Below are positions 36,819 to 47,360 of a stretch of 64,000 bases of DNA, one piece after another (the first letter of the stretch is position 1; each line of letters starts with the position of its first letter). Source of the DNA: Lama glama (lineage: Eukaryota). The stretch is from positions 29,450,001 through 29,514,000 of the forward strand of contig CM052840.1 in the NCBI GenBank assembly GCA_028534125.1. Reading direction: 5' to 3'. The notes beneath the pieces are model-generated. The model searched no databases and was not told the origin of the DNA. It was given only the letters and a program-made list of their open reading frames with translations. Made by a program: the position numbers and the translations under genes.

Positions 36819-37441
36819 GTAGGGGCAGCCCGTGGGCAGCTGGGGGTGGACAGTCCAGCTGGCGCGCGCCGTGGGGCGGATGGGCCTCCCCCACGGGAGG
36901 GCGCTGCGCTGGGCCCACGTGTGAAGCTGCCGGTTGAGGACCCCAAGGCTGCGTGGGGTGTGAGGCCGAGGTCTGATGAGCTGGTTGGTCAGCGAAGGTG
37001 CCCCTGTCACTGGCTCCCGTGGCTGTCATTCTGAGGCGTGCCCCGCCCTCCTCCTGCTGGTGGCCCTCCTCAGGCTGCCCTGGGGACGTTGGACCGCCTG
37101 ACCTCTTCCCCATTAGAGGATGAGGGTGACAGGGCCCCATTACCTGGAGGGGCTGCCGAGGGGAGAGCACGGAAGTGCGTGTTGGAAGCGCTGGTGAACC
37201 GGGGGCAGAGGGGGCTGGGCTTCCTCCGCCGGCTTCCCAGCCCCCGGCCCCGCCACCCTGGCCCCATCTCTTCTCCTCAGCATACCTCTGCCAGCCACAC
37301 AACTTCCCCATCCGACCCCGGCCTGTCCAGCCCTTTGCCATCTTCCTCTGCTTATCTTCTTCTGCCCCAATGGTCAGGTTGGGCTTGCGGGGCAGCTGGG
37401 CCAGAGGGGGCCAGAGGGGACAGAGTGGGGAGGTGGGCAAG

Positions 37442-37463
37442 AGGGGAGGAAGAAGGAAGAGCT
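37442..37463 (+). ncRNA. Possible ortholog of the intronic MIR5191 mature-sequence locus
   Basis: AGGGGAGGAAGAAGGAAGAGCT matches 18/22 positions of recalled hsa-miR-5191 (AGGAUAGGAAGAAUGAAGUGCU), about 620 nt after exon 3. The sequence is low complexity and expression is unknown. Confidence 0.3.
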
Positions 37464-38199
37464 GGGGACGTGGGGGTCCCAGCCCTGAGAGCAGAGCTGC
37501 GCTGCTCCTGGAAGCTTGCGGGCACCTTTCTGCTGACTCTGCTTCCCTCCACTGTCCTTGGTTTGTGGGCCCTCCAGGGGACCACACAGGTAGTGGGGCA
37601 CCCCACCCCTGGCCTCTCCGGGGACTCCCTCTCCCAGTAAACAGCTCAAACTGGAAGAGACTGGAAAGTAGCCAAGCTCCAGACTGTCCACGGCTCCCCG
37701 CCCTGGGATGCACTGGGAGGGCCTGGCAGGGCCTGTCCAGCTGGCAGACTGCTCTGGAGCAGAACAACTGACTCATGAAGGGGGTTGTTTACTGCCTGCG
37801 AGTCCCAGGGACCGCCGACCTCACGCTCAGATCCACCAGCCTGGGGCTGGGACCTGGGAGGGGTCGTCCAGCTCCTCCTGTGCGCAGAGGCCCTGCTGGG
37901 CAGGAGGAGGGCCTGGGTGTCGGGTGCTGCCAGGCTCAGCCTCTGTCCCAGGAAGCTTCTTTTTCTCTGAGGACGTGTCAGCTCCCTGCCCTCCGGGAGC
38001 GCCAGCTGGACAGGGCAGGGGCACCACCCCTGGGGGCCCAGGGCTCTGAGAGTCCCCAGGTGTGGGAAGGATCAGGGCCTCACTCTCAGGGAGCTCCCAG
38101 ACCAGACGGAGGGAGGTGAGGGCCCCTCCCTGCCCAGGGCTGAAAACTCCCAGGGCCAGGACTCTGCCTTTGGAGAGCCCCCAGTCTAGGGCAGGTGGT

Positions 38200-38380
38200 G
38201 GGACTTGGCACCGCGTGTGAGCGCGGGCAAGCCAGCTAACCTCTCTGAACTCGGTTTGTCTACCTGCCCCATGCAGGTAGCAGTAGAACCTGTCTCAGGG
38301 TGGTTATGAGGATTACGGGCATTCATCACGTAAAGTGCTTGGAATACTCGCTGGCTTTTTGCTCGATAACGTATTAGCTG
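38200..38380 (+). mobile_element. MIR SINE
   Basis: gggcaagccagctaacctctctgaactcggtttg...cagggtggttatgaggatta...gtaaagtgcttggaa...gctcgataacgtattagctg. Confidence 0.75.
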
Positions 38381-39649
38381 TTAATTTTAATTGCTGTGGT
38401 TACTGCTGTTACTATTGCTAAAATACCCCTCCAAAGGAGGGGACGGACTCCTGCCCCTGAGGGCCCCAGCCCTGCCCTGAGGCCCTGGGCAGTCTGAGCA
38501 GAGCCCGTTGGGGTCAGCAGCAGGGACAGTCGTGGGGGCATAGATTCAGAGGTGGGGTGTGCGTGCTGGGGGAGCCAGGACAGATGCCTCTGCACGCTTT
38601 CCTTCTCCTCTTCCCTCTGGACACTGTGTGTGTGTGAAAAAGCAGAGTGCCCTGGTCTGGCAGGAATGAGGCCTTCCCTCCCTGCGCACTCACCCACCAG
38701 CAGCCCAGGGGAGCCTCGAGTTCTCGGGGCTCCAGAAAAGCGTGTTGGCATGGCCACCCCTGTAAAGTGGGCCTTGCTGTGACTGCAGTGCCGGTTCCAA
38801 GATAATCTGACAGGACTTGTTTGCAGTCAGTCTGCAGTCAGCAGCGTCTCCCAGCGCTCCGGTCTGCGGACTCTCCGGCGTCCCCTTCCCCGCCAGGGCT
38901 GTGGGCACGCCGGTCCTTCCACTTGCTTGGGCAGAGTTGACAGGACTCTGTGTGCATGCCCCAGTCACTGTAACATAAGCAGTCCCTCCTCAAGGATGTG
39001 TTTTCATGGTTAAGTGTTGTGTTTTTGCTAGAAACAGGGCATCCTAAGTTCCGCAGACCTTGGAGAAACCGGCCAACCTGAGCCACACTTGCCCTGCCGG
39101 CCTCCTCATGTCCTCCCGCCCCACTGTGGTTTCCATCTGGGTTTTGCAATTTAGAAAATGTCCTGCTCCTAAGAAAGCTGCTTTTCCAGTTCAATAAATG
39201 GGCAGGGCTATGCCCTTCCCTTCTCACCCACCAGTGACACCCGTCCTCCCCCACCAGCCACTGCCCGTGGCCATTCACTTCCTGCCTCTCGGAACTCCCA
39301 GCCCTGGGCCAGCCGGACTGGTGAGGCTGAGCGCTGGGCTTCTGCTGCCCCCGCCGGCGACGCAGCCACCACAAACCACCCTGGTGAGCCGTGCAGGATG
39401 GCAGTGGCCCTGAGGCTTCTTGGTGTTCTGTCGTCTGCTGCGGGTTGTCCCCCAGGATGCTTCCCAGGCCCGTGCTCAGGCCCCAGGCATCTCCCCCTGC
39501 TCCGTCCGGATGCCGGGCCCCTTCCTGGGTTGCTGATCTGGGGGAGCTTCGGGAAGGCAAATTCTTCGAACTGAAGCTCAGCAAACTAGAATGAGGAAGG
39601 GGAATCGGCTGCAGCTGCCGAAACGATCATACCCTTTAAAATTACGTAT

Positions 39650-40765
39650 TTTTAAAAATTGTGGTGCAGTGTGTCTCCGGTAAATGGCTAATACGTCAGC
39701 CACTCTTAAGTGCAGAGCGCAGTGGCACTGACGATGTTCACACTAGTGTCTCGCAGTCACCGACGCTCCTCTCCAGGACCTGCTCACCTCCCCGGACTGA
39801 AACTCTGCCCCATTTGTACTCAGGCCCCAGCCCCTGGCCCCAGCCCTTCCACTTTCTGTCTCTGTGAGCGTGACTCCCCCAGGGACTTCTTGTAAGTGGG
39901 ACCGCACGGTGTTTGTCGTTTTGTGAGTGGGTTATTTCACTCGGCATCTTGTCCTCGAGGTTCATCCCTGCGGTAGCAGGTGTCAGAATTTCCTTCCTTT
40001 TTAGGCTGAATAATATTGCATGGTGCATATGGACCACATTCCGTTCATCCATGTGCACGGCAGCATGCACATGTGGGTTGTTGCCCCCTTTAGCTGTCGT
40101 AAGTAACCTGGCCCTGAACGTGGCTGCACGGGTATCTCCTTGAGAGTGTGCACTGATTCTTTTGGGTGTGTACCCAGAAGTGGAATTGCTGGATTACATG
40201 GTAACTCTATTTTAAACTTTTTGAGGAACCTCCCTACTGTTTTCCACAGTGGCCACAGCATTTCACATTCCTGCCGGCAAGGCCTGGGGGTCCCGGTGTC
40301 CCCACATCCTCGCTGGCACTACTTTCTATTTGGTTTTTTAATAACAGCCATCCCGATGGGTGCGCAGTTGTATGTTGCTGCGGTTTTAACCTGCATCTCC
40401 CTAATGGCTAGTGATGCCGAGCCTCTTCACGTGTTTACTAGCTGTTCTTTGTCCTCTTGGAGAAATACCCATTCAAGGCAGCCCTTCGCCCGCTTTTTAA
40501 CGGGGCCGTTCCGTTGCTGTTGTGGGGTTGGAGGAGCTCTGTATGTTCTGGGTGGCAGGCCCTTCTTGGGCAGGAAGCACTTTCTGCCGTCCTGTGCGCC
40601 GCCTTCTCCTTCTGCCACTTGTGCCCTTGGATGCACACACACTTCTCACCTTGTGATGTCCAATTTACCTGCTGCTTCTTTTGTTGCCCGCACCGTGGGT
40701 GTTGTAGCCAAGGATTCATTGCCAAGTCCTGCGTCAGGAACTTCTTCCCCAATGCTTTCCTCTAA
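39650..40765 (-). mobile_element. LINE-1 (L1MB/L1MA-like) 3' UTR and ORF2 C-terminus
   Basis: ORF 40001-40261(-) gives L1 ORF2-like LWKTVGRFLKKFKIELPCNPAIPLLGTHPKE. Motifs tacccagaagtggaattgctgg and aatttccttcctttttaggctgaataatatt are also present. Confidence 0.92.
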
Positions 40766-41870
40766 GCTGACGGGATTTTTAAAAAAATACAGACCCCAAG
40801 TCTCACGCCCAGCCTGCTGGGCCGATGCTCCGCTCGCTCAAGAAAACATCGTTTCTGACTTTTCTCAGTGACTGGGGCCAGTCCTTTCCATAAAGTGTGC
40901 AGATCTTCCCTGCAGGAACTCCGACAGCCAGTCTTCAAGCCATGGTTTGCGTGGTCAGTGACAGGAGACGCGTTCCATTCCAAAACAAGCGAGGTCACAG
41001 GACAGTTTCTAAGGCTTCACTGCTGCCTGTTGGTTCAAATGTTGTCATCCGAGGGAAAGAGAGGAGGTGGAACTCTTCATTCAGATATTTCGGCGTGTTC
41101 TCAATGATGGCTCAGTTTCTTCTCAAGACCAAAAAAAGGCCCCGGCTCATTTCAGTGCTTCCTTACATGGCCCAGTTTTCCAGATCCCAGTTATCCCAGT
41201 CACCCTCCTCTGGAAGGTTTCAGGCTGTGAATGGTCCTCTTAAACTCTGGCCCCTGGACTGACTGCCACCTGCCTCGGGTCCTGCAGGGTGGTGCCCGGC
41301 GTGCACCACCACCAGCAACATCGACGGGCTGCTGATTGTCCAAATGGCAGCTCAGGACGCTTTTACCTCTTGAAAAAAGAAAAGGAATTTGTTTTTCTGA
41401 AGATAGGAAGGTCTGGAATTTAATCTGAGTAAGAAGGTAAGTTGCACAGCCATCTCTGTGTCACTGGCCTGGGGTTCGGGGCGGGAGGGGTGGAGGGCCG
41501 CACCTGCAGAGGTGGATGCAGGACTGCCCTGCGGCCCCTCCCTCCTTTGACTTGAACCTGCCTCTCACTGTCTCCATTTCCGCCAGGCCAGTGATGCTCT
41601 AGGCTGTGTCTGGGCTTCGCAGCGTCAGGCAGGAATCCCAGCCGTGTCACCAGCAGCGCTGCCTGTCGCACACCTCCAAGGGGCGGTTGTCATCTGCTGT
41701 AGCCTTGTCTCTGCGATACTGGCAGGAGCGCTGTCCAGCGGCCCACAGCCGCAGAATCTTAGCCAGAGCTGACCAGCCTCCTTAACGGAGCCCTGCCGGT
41801 GTGTTGGGCTCGGCGGGTCTCCCAGAAACTGTCCTCAGGTGGTCCCCACGCCCCGCACCGTGCGGCTGGC

Positions 41871-42096
41871 GGCCCCAGCCTGGCCCCGCCCCCCCGCCTG
41901 GCCCCGCCTGGCCCTGGCCCCGCCCGGCCCCTCCTGGCCCCGCCCTCCCCAGCCTGGCCCCTCCTGGCCCCGCCCTCCCCAGCCTGGCCCCGCCCCCAGC
42001 CTGGCCCCCTCCTGGCCCCTCCCTTCCCAGCCTGGCCCCTCCTGGCCCCGCCCTCCCCAGCCTGGCCCCTCCTGGCCCCGCCCCCCCAGCCTGCCC
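41871..42096 (+). repeat. C-rich minisatellite (VNTR-like), about 30-nt unit cctggcccctcctggccccgccctccccag
   Basis: Several near-perfect copies plus degenerate flanking copies, read directly from the sequence. Confidence 0.92.
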
Positions 42097-42809
42097 TCTT
42101 GAGCTGTCCTTGGGGCTTGGGGACAGACGGGATTCGTTTCCTCCTTGGCGCTGAAGTGTCCTGACGTTGAAAGATGTCAAATAAAATAAACCGTAGGCCT
42201 CTGCCTCCTCCCAGGCTGGCTCTGGGCTGCCAGAGGCAGGGGCTCCAGCCTTAAAGAGCCCCTCCCGCCTTGCGGAGCGGCGGCCAGGGCCCGTGCAGCT
42301 GCGCTCCCGAGCAGGGGCCTCGCTGGCCGTGCCCTGGCTTGGCGGGCCCCAAGGTGCCCACCCCCTAGCTTCGGTGACAGAGCCCTCTTGCCATGGGCAC
42401 TGGGTTTGTGGGGTTTGTACAGAAGGGAGAGAACTCCTGGACTTGGGCAGGCGGGAGGAGAGTCTCTGTCTCCCCCATTCTTGGCAGGCCTTTAGGCATC
42501 CCACGCAGTGGGCGGCTGGGCCAGGCCTGGCTTTTGCCGGTGGACATGAGGATGGGGACAGAGGAGAGGGGCTGTCCTGGGGAGGACCCAGCATTCAGGC
42601 TCAGGGAGGAGACAGTTCCTGCCCCTGAGCGGCTTCAGTCTAGCAGGGAGGTGGGACGGCTGCGGTCTGGGCAGCAGAGGTGATGTGGTGTTAACCAGAC
42701 GTTTGTTGCTGCCTCTTTGGGGGTAAAGCTCACGATTACAGTGTGGACCCTGGATCACTCACACAGCCATGGCCGATGTTGCCTGCGGTGCCGGGGAAGG
42801 GGCATCTGG

Positions 42810-42965
42810 ATGCCTGGAGCTCCGCCCTGAGCACCCTCTCACCTGCTGTGTGGCCCTGAGCAGGTCATCAACCTCTCTGGGTCTTAATTTGTTCATTTGT
42901 TAAAAGGTGATCACTTTGCCTTGTGAGGATCAAGTGGAAAAGAGCAGGAGTGCTTAAAAGCGTGT
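42810..42965 (+). mobile_element. MIR SINE
   Basis: ctgtgtggccctgagcaggtcatcaacctctctgggtcttaatttgttcatttgttaaaagg...gtgaggatcaagtg. Confidence 0.7.
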
Positions 42966-43685
42966 AAAGAACCATTGGTTTGAAATCTGTTTGCTCTGAT
43001 CTCAACTTACTGTTCTGCTCATTTACCTGATGGCCCCTGTCTTCACCAGGGGACCGTTAGAGAATCAGAACCAGACTTCTTAAACTCGACGGGCGAGCTC
43101 GCTGAGCTTGGGCGTGAGTCTGTTGTGAGGGACGGTCTTATTGCTTTGTGACAGTGTCCTGGTGTGCTTTTAGTCCTGCGGTGTGCCGTTCAGTGACCTT
43201 CGAGAGCGGCCTTACTGGCATAGGCAGTGCCGTCGGGCGGGCGGAGTGAGGACCGTGACTCTTGGACGCGTTTACCTCGTGTATGTCAGGCGTTGATCGC
43301 TGGCTGCTGCTGGTTAGCCGTTTGACGCCAGGCGGTGGCACGCTGGCGGGCCTAAGCTGCCACGTGCTCACTCTCCGTGATGAGACAGGATTTGGAAAAG
43401 CATATGCTAACCTTCATGCTTAAAAGTGATGTTTCTGATCCTCACTTGGCAGCAACAAACCAAGCAGGTTATCAGGCTGGTGGGATGTGTCCTGGCCCAG
43501 TGGTACCTGTTCACACGAGGCTCTCGTGTGGCAGAGGGAGCCCGCATGTGCTCTGGAGACCGGCCGTGGGTCCAGCACGTGCTTGTGCAGTGTGGCCAAG
43601 CTCATTGCCCACGGGACCACACAGGTGGCCCGGCTAGCGGGGTGGTCTGTCCCTCACACTAGCTCATGTGTGTAGTATGTAAAGG

Positions 43686-44080
43686 GTGCCTGGGATGGGG
43701 TCCCCAGAAGCAGACCTTGGGACGAGGGTTTGAGTGCAAGTGGTTTATTTGGGAGGCAATTCCAGAAAGCACTGATGGGGGTGGGGAGGCCAGCGCAGGG
43801 CCCGTCGTGTGCAGGTCACTGCTGCGGTCTGTGGGGCCTGGGGACTCCCGGGGATCACGTCCCACCCGAGGACAAGGACACATTTATCTCTTTCGATTCC
43901 CGTCCGTGACTGGCTGAGCGCAGCTCCCGGGATACTGCATCCTGGTTCTCTGGCTGCTCTCCAAGGGCGGAGAGGAATCCCTCAGGCTGAGAGTCACAGG
44001 TGCCCGCAGAGGGGCTCCGTCTGTGTCTGCGGAGCTGTGGCTGCAGAGGGCACGCAGTGGGGATACAAAGAGTATCAGTT
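43686..44080 (-). mobile_element. ERVL-type solo LTR relic (LTR16/LTR33-like)
   Basis: gggtccccagaagcagaccttgggacgagggtttgagtgcaagtggtttatttgggagg, a recalled terminal motif of this LTR group. Confidence 0.65.
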
Positions 44081-46819
44081 ATAAAGGACGGCACGACAGG
44101 AAGGAGGGTGTGGAATCAAGACTCCTGGGTCTGTTGGGAGGGAGTGGGTGGCTTTAGAGAGCCCCTGGCTCTCAAAACACTCTTAATTCTTAAAACAGAA
44201 TAGGGCTAGCACTCCTGAGTCGGTGTGGGGCCATCAGGACCACGGGTCTGTTCAAACCGGACTGGGATGCTGGAAGGTTGGAGTGAGCCAGGTATTCCAA
44301 AGGTGGTGATTGTGCTGGTTGCCAAGGCAACCGACGCAGGCTGGGGAGGGGCCCCTCTGGAGCATCCTGGTAGCCTGCAGCAGAGCTGCTGGGTTTCTCT
44401 GCGCTTGTTGGCATGCAGTCTGGTTGACAGTCGAGACGGGGGCAGGCTGAGGAAGCTGCTGGGATGGTTTGGCATCCCCCCGCCGGCCCCGTCCACTGCC
44501 TACCCGCCTGCTCCTCTCTCCTCTTTCACCGTCAGCCTCTCCCTCTGCCCCGCACACCTTGTGTTCTGGGATAAGCCAGCTGGGCTTGTGTGGTGCCTGG
44601 GGAGCCCACACCGTCTGATATTACAGGAAGAGCACAAATTTGGAGTGGGCTCAGATCCTAGCTCTGAGGCTTTGGGAAAGTGCGCACTGCTCTAGCGGGA
44701 ATGGGATGCTGCAGTGCATTGTGTTAACATGCTGGGCATACAGCAGGTGCTCAGCACGTGTCACCTCCCTCCCTTCTCTTGGTTGGCCCCCAGAAAACCA
44801 AAGCTCTAGAGGTTTGAAGGCCACCTGTGGAAAGGACCCTTCCAACCTGGGTGGCGGTGCCCAGTCGCTCTCTGGTCTCTGCCAGACCCACCCCCTGCGG
44901 CCCTGCCCAGTTCCTCTGCAGGGTGGGCCCTGTCCCACCCCAGGTCATCCTGGAACCAGGGCCCCGCCTGCACCGTGGTGGCTTGTGCTTTCATGGCTGC
45001 CTGACAATCGCATCACATGTGGTTCACAAAACACCAGGGGCTTTATCTTACTTAATCTTAACAGCATCACGAATTAGGTGTTCTTTCCCGCAGCTGACAG
45101 GTGAGGAACCTGGAACTCCGCTCAGTGCGCCAGGAGCACAAACTTACAAGTGGCGGCACCAGAGCAAACCTGGGCCTCGGGCCCCCACCCCGCCCCACCC
45201 TGGCCCGGCTCTTCTCTGCACTGCAGAGCCCTTTCCCTGTGCATGCAGTGCCTGTGCCCTCTGCTGGGGAGGCGTCAGGGGCAGGGACCCCACGCCTTCC
45301 ACTGGGGTAGGAGCTTCCCTCAGCCCCCCCGCAGGCCATGCTGTCAGCGGACCGTGCGTCGTCTTTAGAGACCCTCCCACAATGCCCCTGAGCGACCTCT
45401 CCGTCTTCACGTGGAGTCGTGCTTTGGGAAACCACTGCAGCCACAGCTGGGGACAGAGGGAGCCAACCACGCCTATGACTGGGGCTCTGTGGGCCCGGCT
45501 CAAGGGCGGAGCTGTCCCAGGTCCCAGGATGCTCCGGGGGGCCAGCTGTGGCCTCTGGGCTATCAGATGTCTCTGGTCAGGCAGCAAAAGACCATTCACT
45601 GCAGCTGAAGACAAGCCAGCAGGCCGGGCGGGGCCCTTGCCCGCTGAGACGCGTGCGAGGACATCCTTGCCTGTCGGGTGATTTGCAGGTGAGCAAAGGC
45701 AGACGCATGAAAGTCTGGATTTGAGAAACAGGCAGGAAGAGTGAGGCCCAGAGAGACCACAGGCACGCAGCCGCATCAGACAGATCCACACTCACGGAAT
45801 GTGCAAGACAGGGTCACAGAGAGACGAGGTGGGACAGGCTGCCGGGGCTTGTGCCATCAGTACACACAGCCAGTGCCTTCGTGACGTGCACGCCAAGGAG
45901 GGGAGTGAGAGACAGACGCTGTGTGAGACCCGTCCAAACACGTGTGTGAGGGGCCGGATACACAGAGGCAGTGTGTGCACCAGGTCCACTGGCTGAGGGC
46001 GGGGAGCCGGCATCCTGACAGGCCGGTGAGCCCCAAGATGGAGCGGCCCCCGGGGGCCGGACCCAGAGCAGGGCGAGCCTTCCCGCCAGCCCACCCGCCC
46101 TGCTCCCGGGGCCAGCTCGTGTTAAAGGCGGCTGCCTTGTGCCCTGGGGCGTCTCCGGCTGGAGAGACGGGGCGCATCTCCGTCGAGCTGCTGTCCTCTT
46201 TTCCTGGCTGCTCACCCCCAACCGACTGGCTTCTTTCCTGGCCTCTCTTCTCACTGGTCACCTCCGTCTCTCAGCCTTCCTATCCCTTGTCTCGCTTGTG
46301 CCCTGGTCCTTGTAGGTCTGATGACAAGGGGCGCTTCAGGAGTGACCCCCCTCCATGGGCGCGGCCACGTGGGCAGACTCGGGTAGTGGGACTTTCCGTA
46401 GCAGAGGCCCCCAGGACGCGGGCTTATCACCTGCCTGTCACCATCCCTCTCTGAGCCCCAAGCCCCTGCAGAGGGGCCCCGGGCGTAGCCAGCTGCCCCG
46501 TGGCTGTGCTGACCTGTCCTCGAATGGTTGCTGTTTTCTGGATTTAGGCTCCTATGTGAGGTCCTGCCCTCCCCAGCTCTGAGCAGCTGCCCCGAAGGCT
46601 GGGCGGCAGCAGCTGTATGTCTGTTCTCCTCCGGTCCCTGTACGTAGGTTCCTGTTCTTGGGAGGCAGGCTGGCCATGCCCCTGGAACACCCTGGAGTCC
46701 GATGGACCTGGACATTTTTTGCCACCCTTGCCCGCATGACCCTGGATGGGTGACTTAGCCTCTCTGTGCTTCAGTCTCACTGTCTGAAAGGAAAGGGGAT
46801 GACAGCTGCCTTGAGTTGC

Positions 46820-47360
46820 TTATTCACATGTCCAGTGAGTACTTGTCGAGCCCGTTCAGCCCCAGGCCCGGGGGTACAGCAGGAGGGAGAAGACAGCATT
46901 CTTACACTCATGTACAGACGAGGGAGGGCCAGCAAGCCAGCTGGCAAGTATACAGTAGACTAGGAGGGACCTGCGCCCTGAGGGTGGTAGCGCAGGGCGA
47001 GGGGCAGAGTGGCAGGGTGGGGGTGTTAGAGAGGGTGGTCGGGGGAAACGCCAGTAAACCGTGCACAGGAGAGCACGTTCAAGTCCCTGAGGCAAGAAGG
47101 GCACGTGTTCAGGGACCTGCAGAGAGGTCAGCATGGCTGAAGCAGAGTAAACGAGGGACGGCGGTCAGAAATGAGGTCAGGAGGCAGCCAGGGGCCGGGT
47201 GGCGCAGATGAGGGGAGGGCGTAGGCGGGTTCAGGCAGAGGAGCGATGAGGCCTGACACGTGTTGCCACGGGGGCCTGGGGAGCGTGGGAAGGAGGCTGC
47301 TGGGCAGGAGAGGATGGCGGCTTGGAGCAGGGGCGGGGCTGGAGGTGGAGGTGGAGAGCA
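46820..47360 (-). mobile_element. L2 LINE fragment
   Basis: caagtccctgaggcaagaagggcacgtgttcagggacctgcagagaggtcagcatggctgaagcagagt...aatgaggtcagg is a typical L2 3' region pattern. Confidence 0.7.

Noticed and set aside
36190-37776. 528-aa ORF on the minus strand overlapping exon 3
   Set aside because: Antisense shadow of a GC3-saturated exon plus GC-rich flanks, where stop codons are scarce. Low-complexity P/G/A/R composition and no recognisable domain.
40001-40261. ORF with protein-like L1 ORF2 sequence
   Set aside because: Fragment of a decayed LINE-1, not a host gene or an active element.
41782-42594. Collagen-like or proline-rich repetitive ORFs
   Set aside because: Simply translations of the 30-nt minisatellite.
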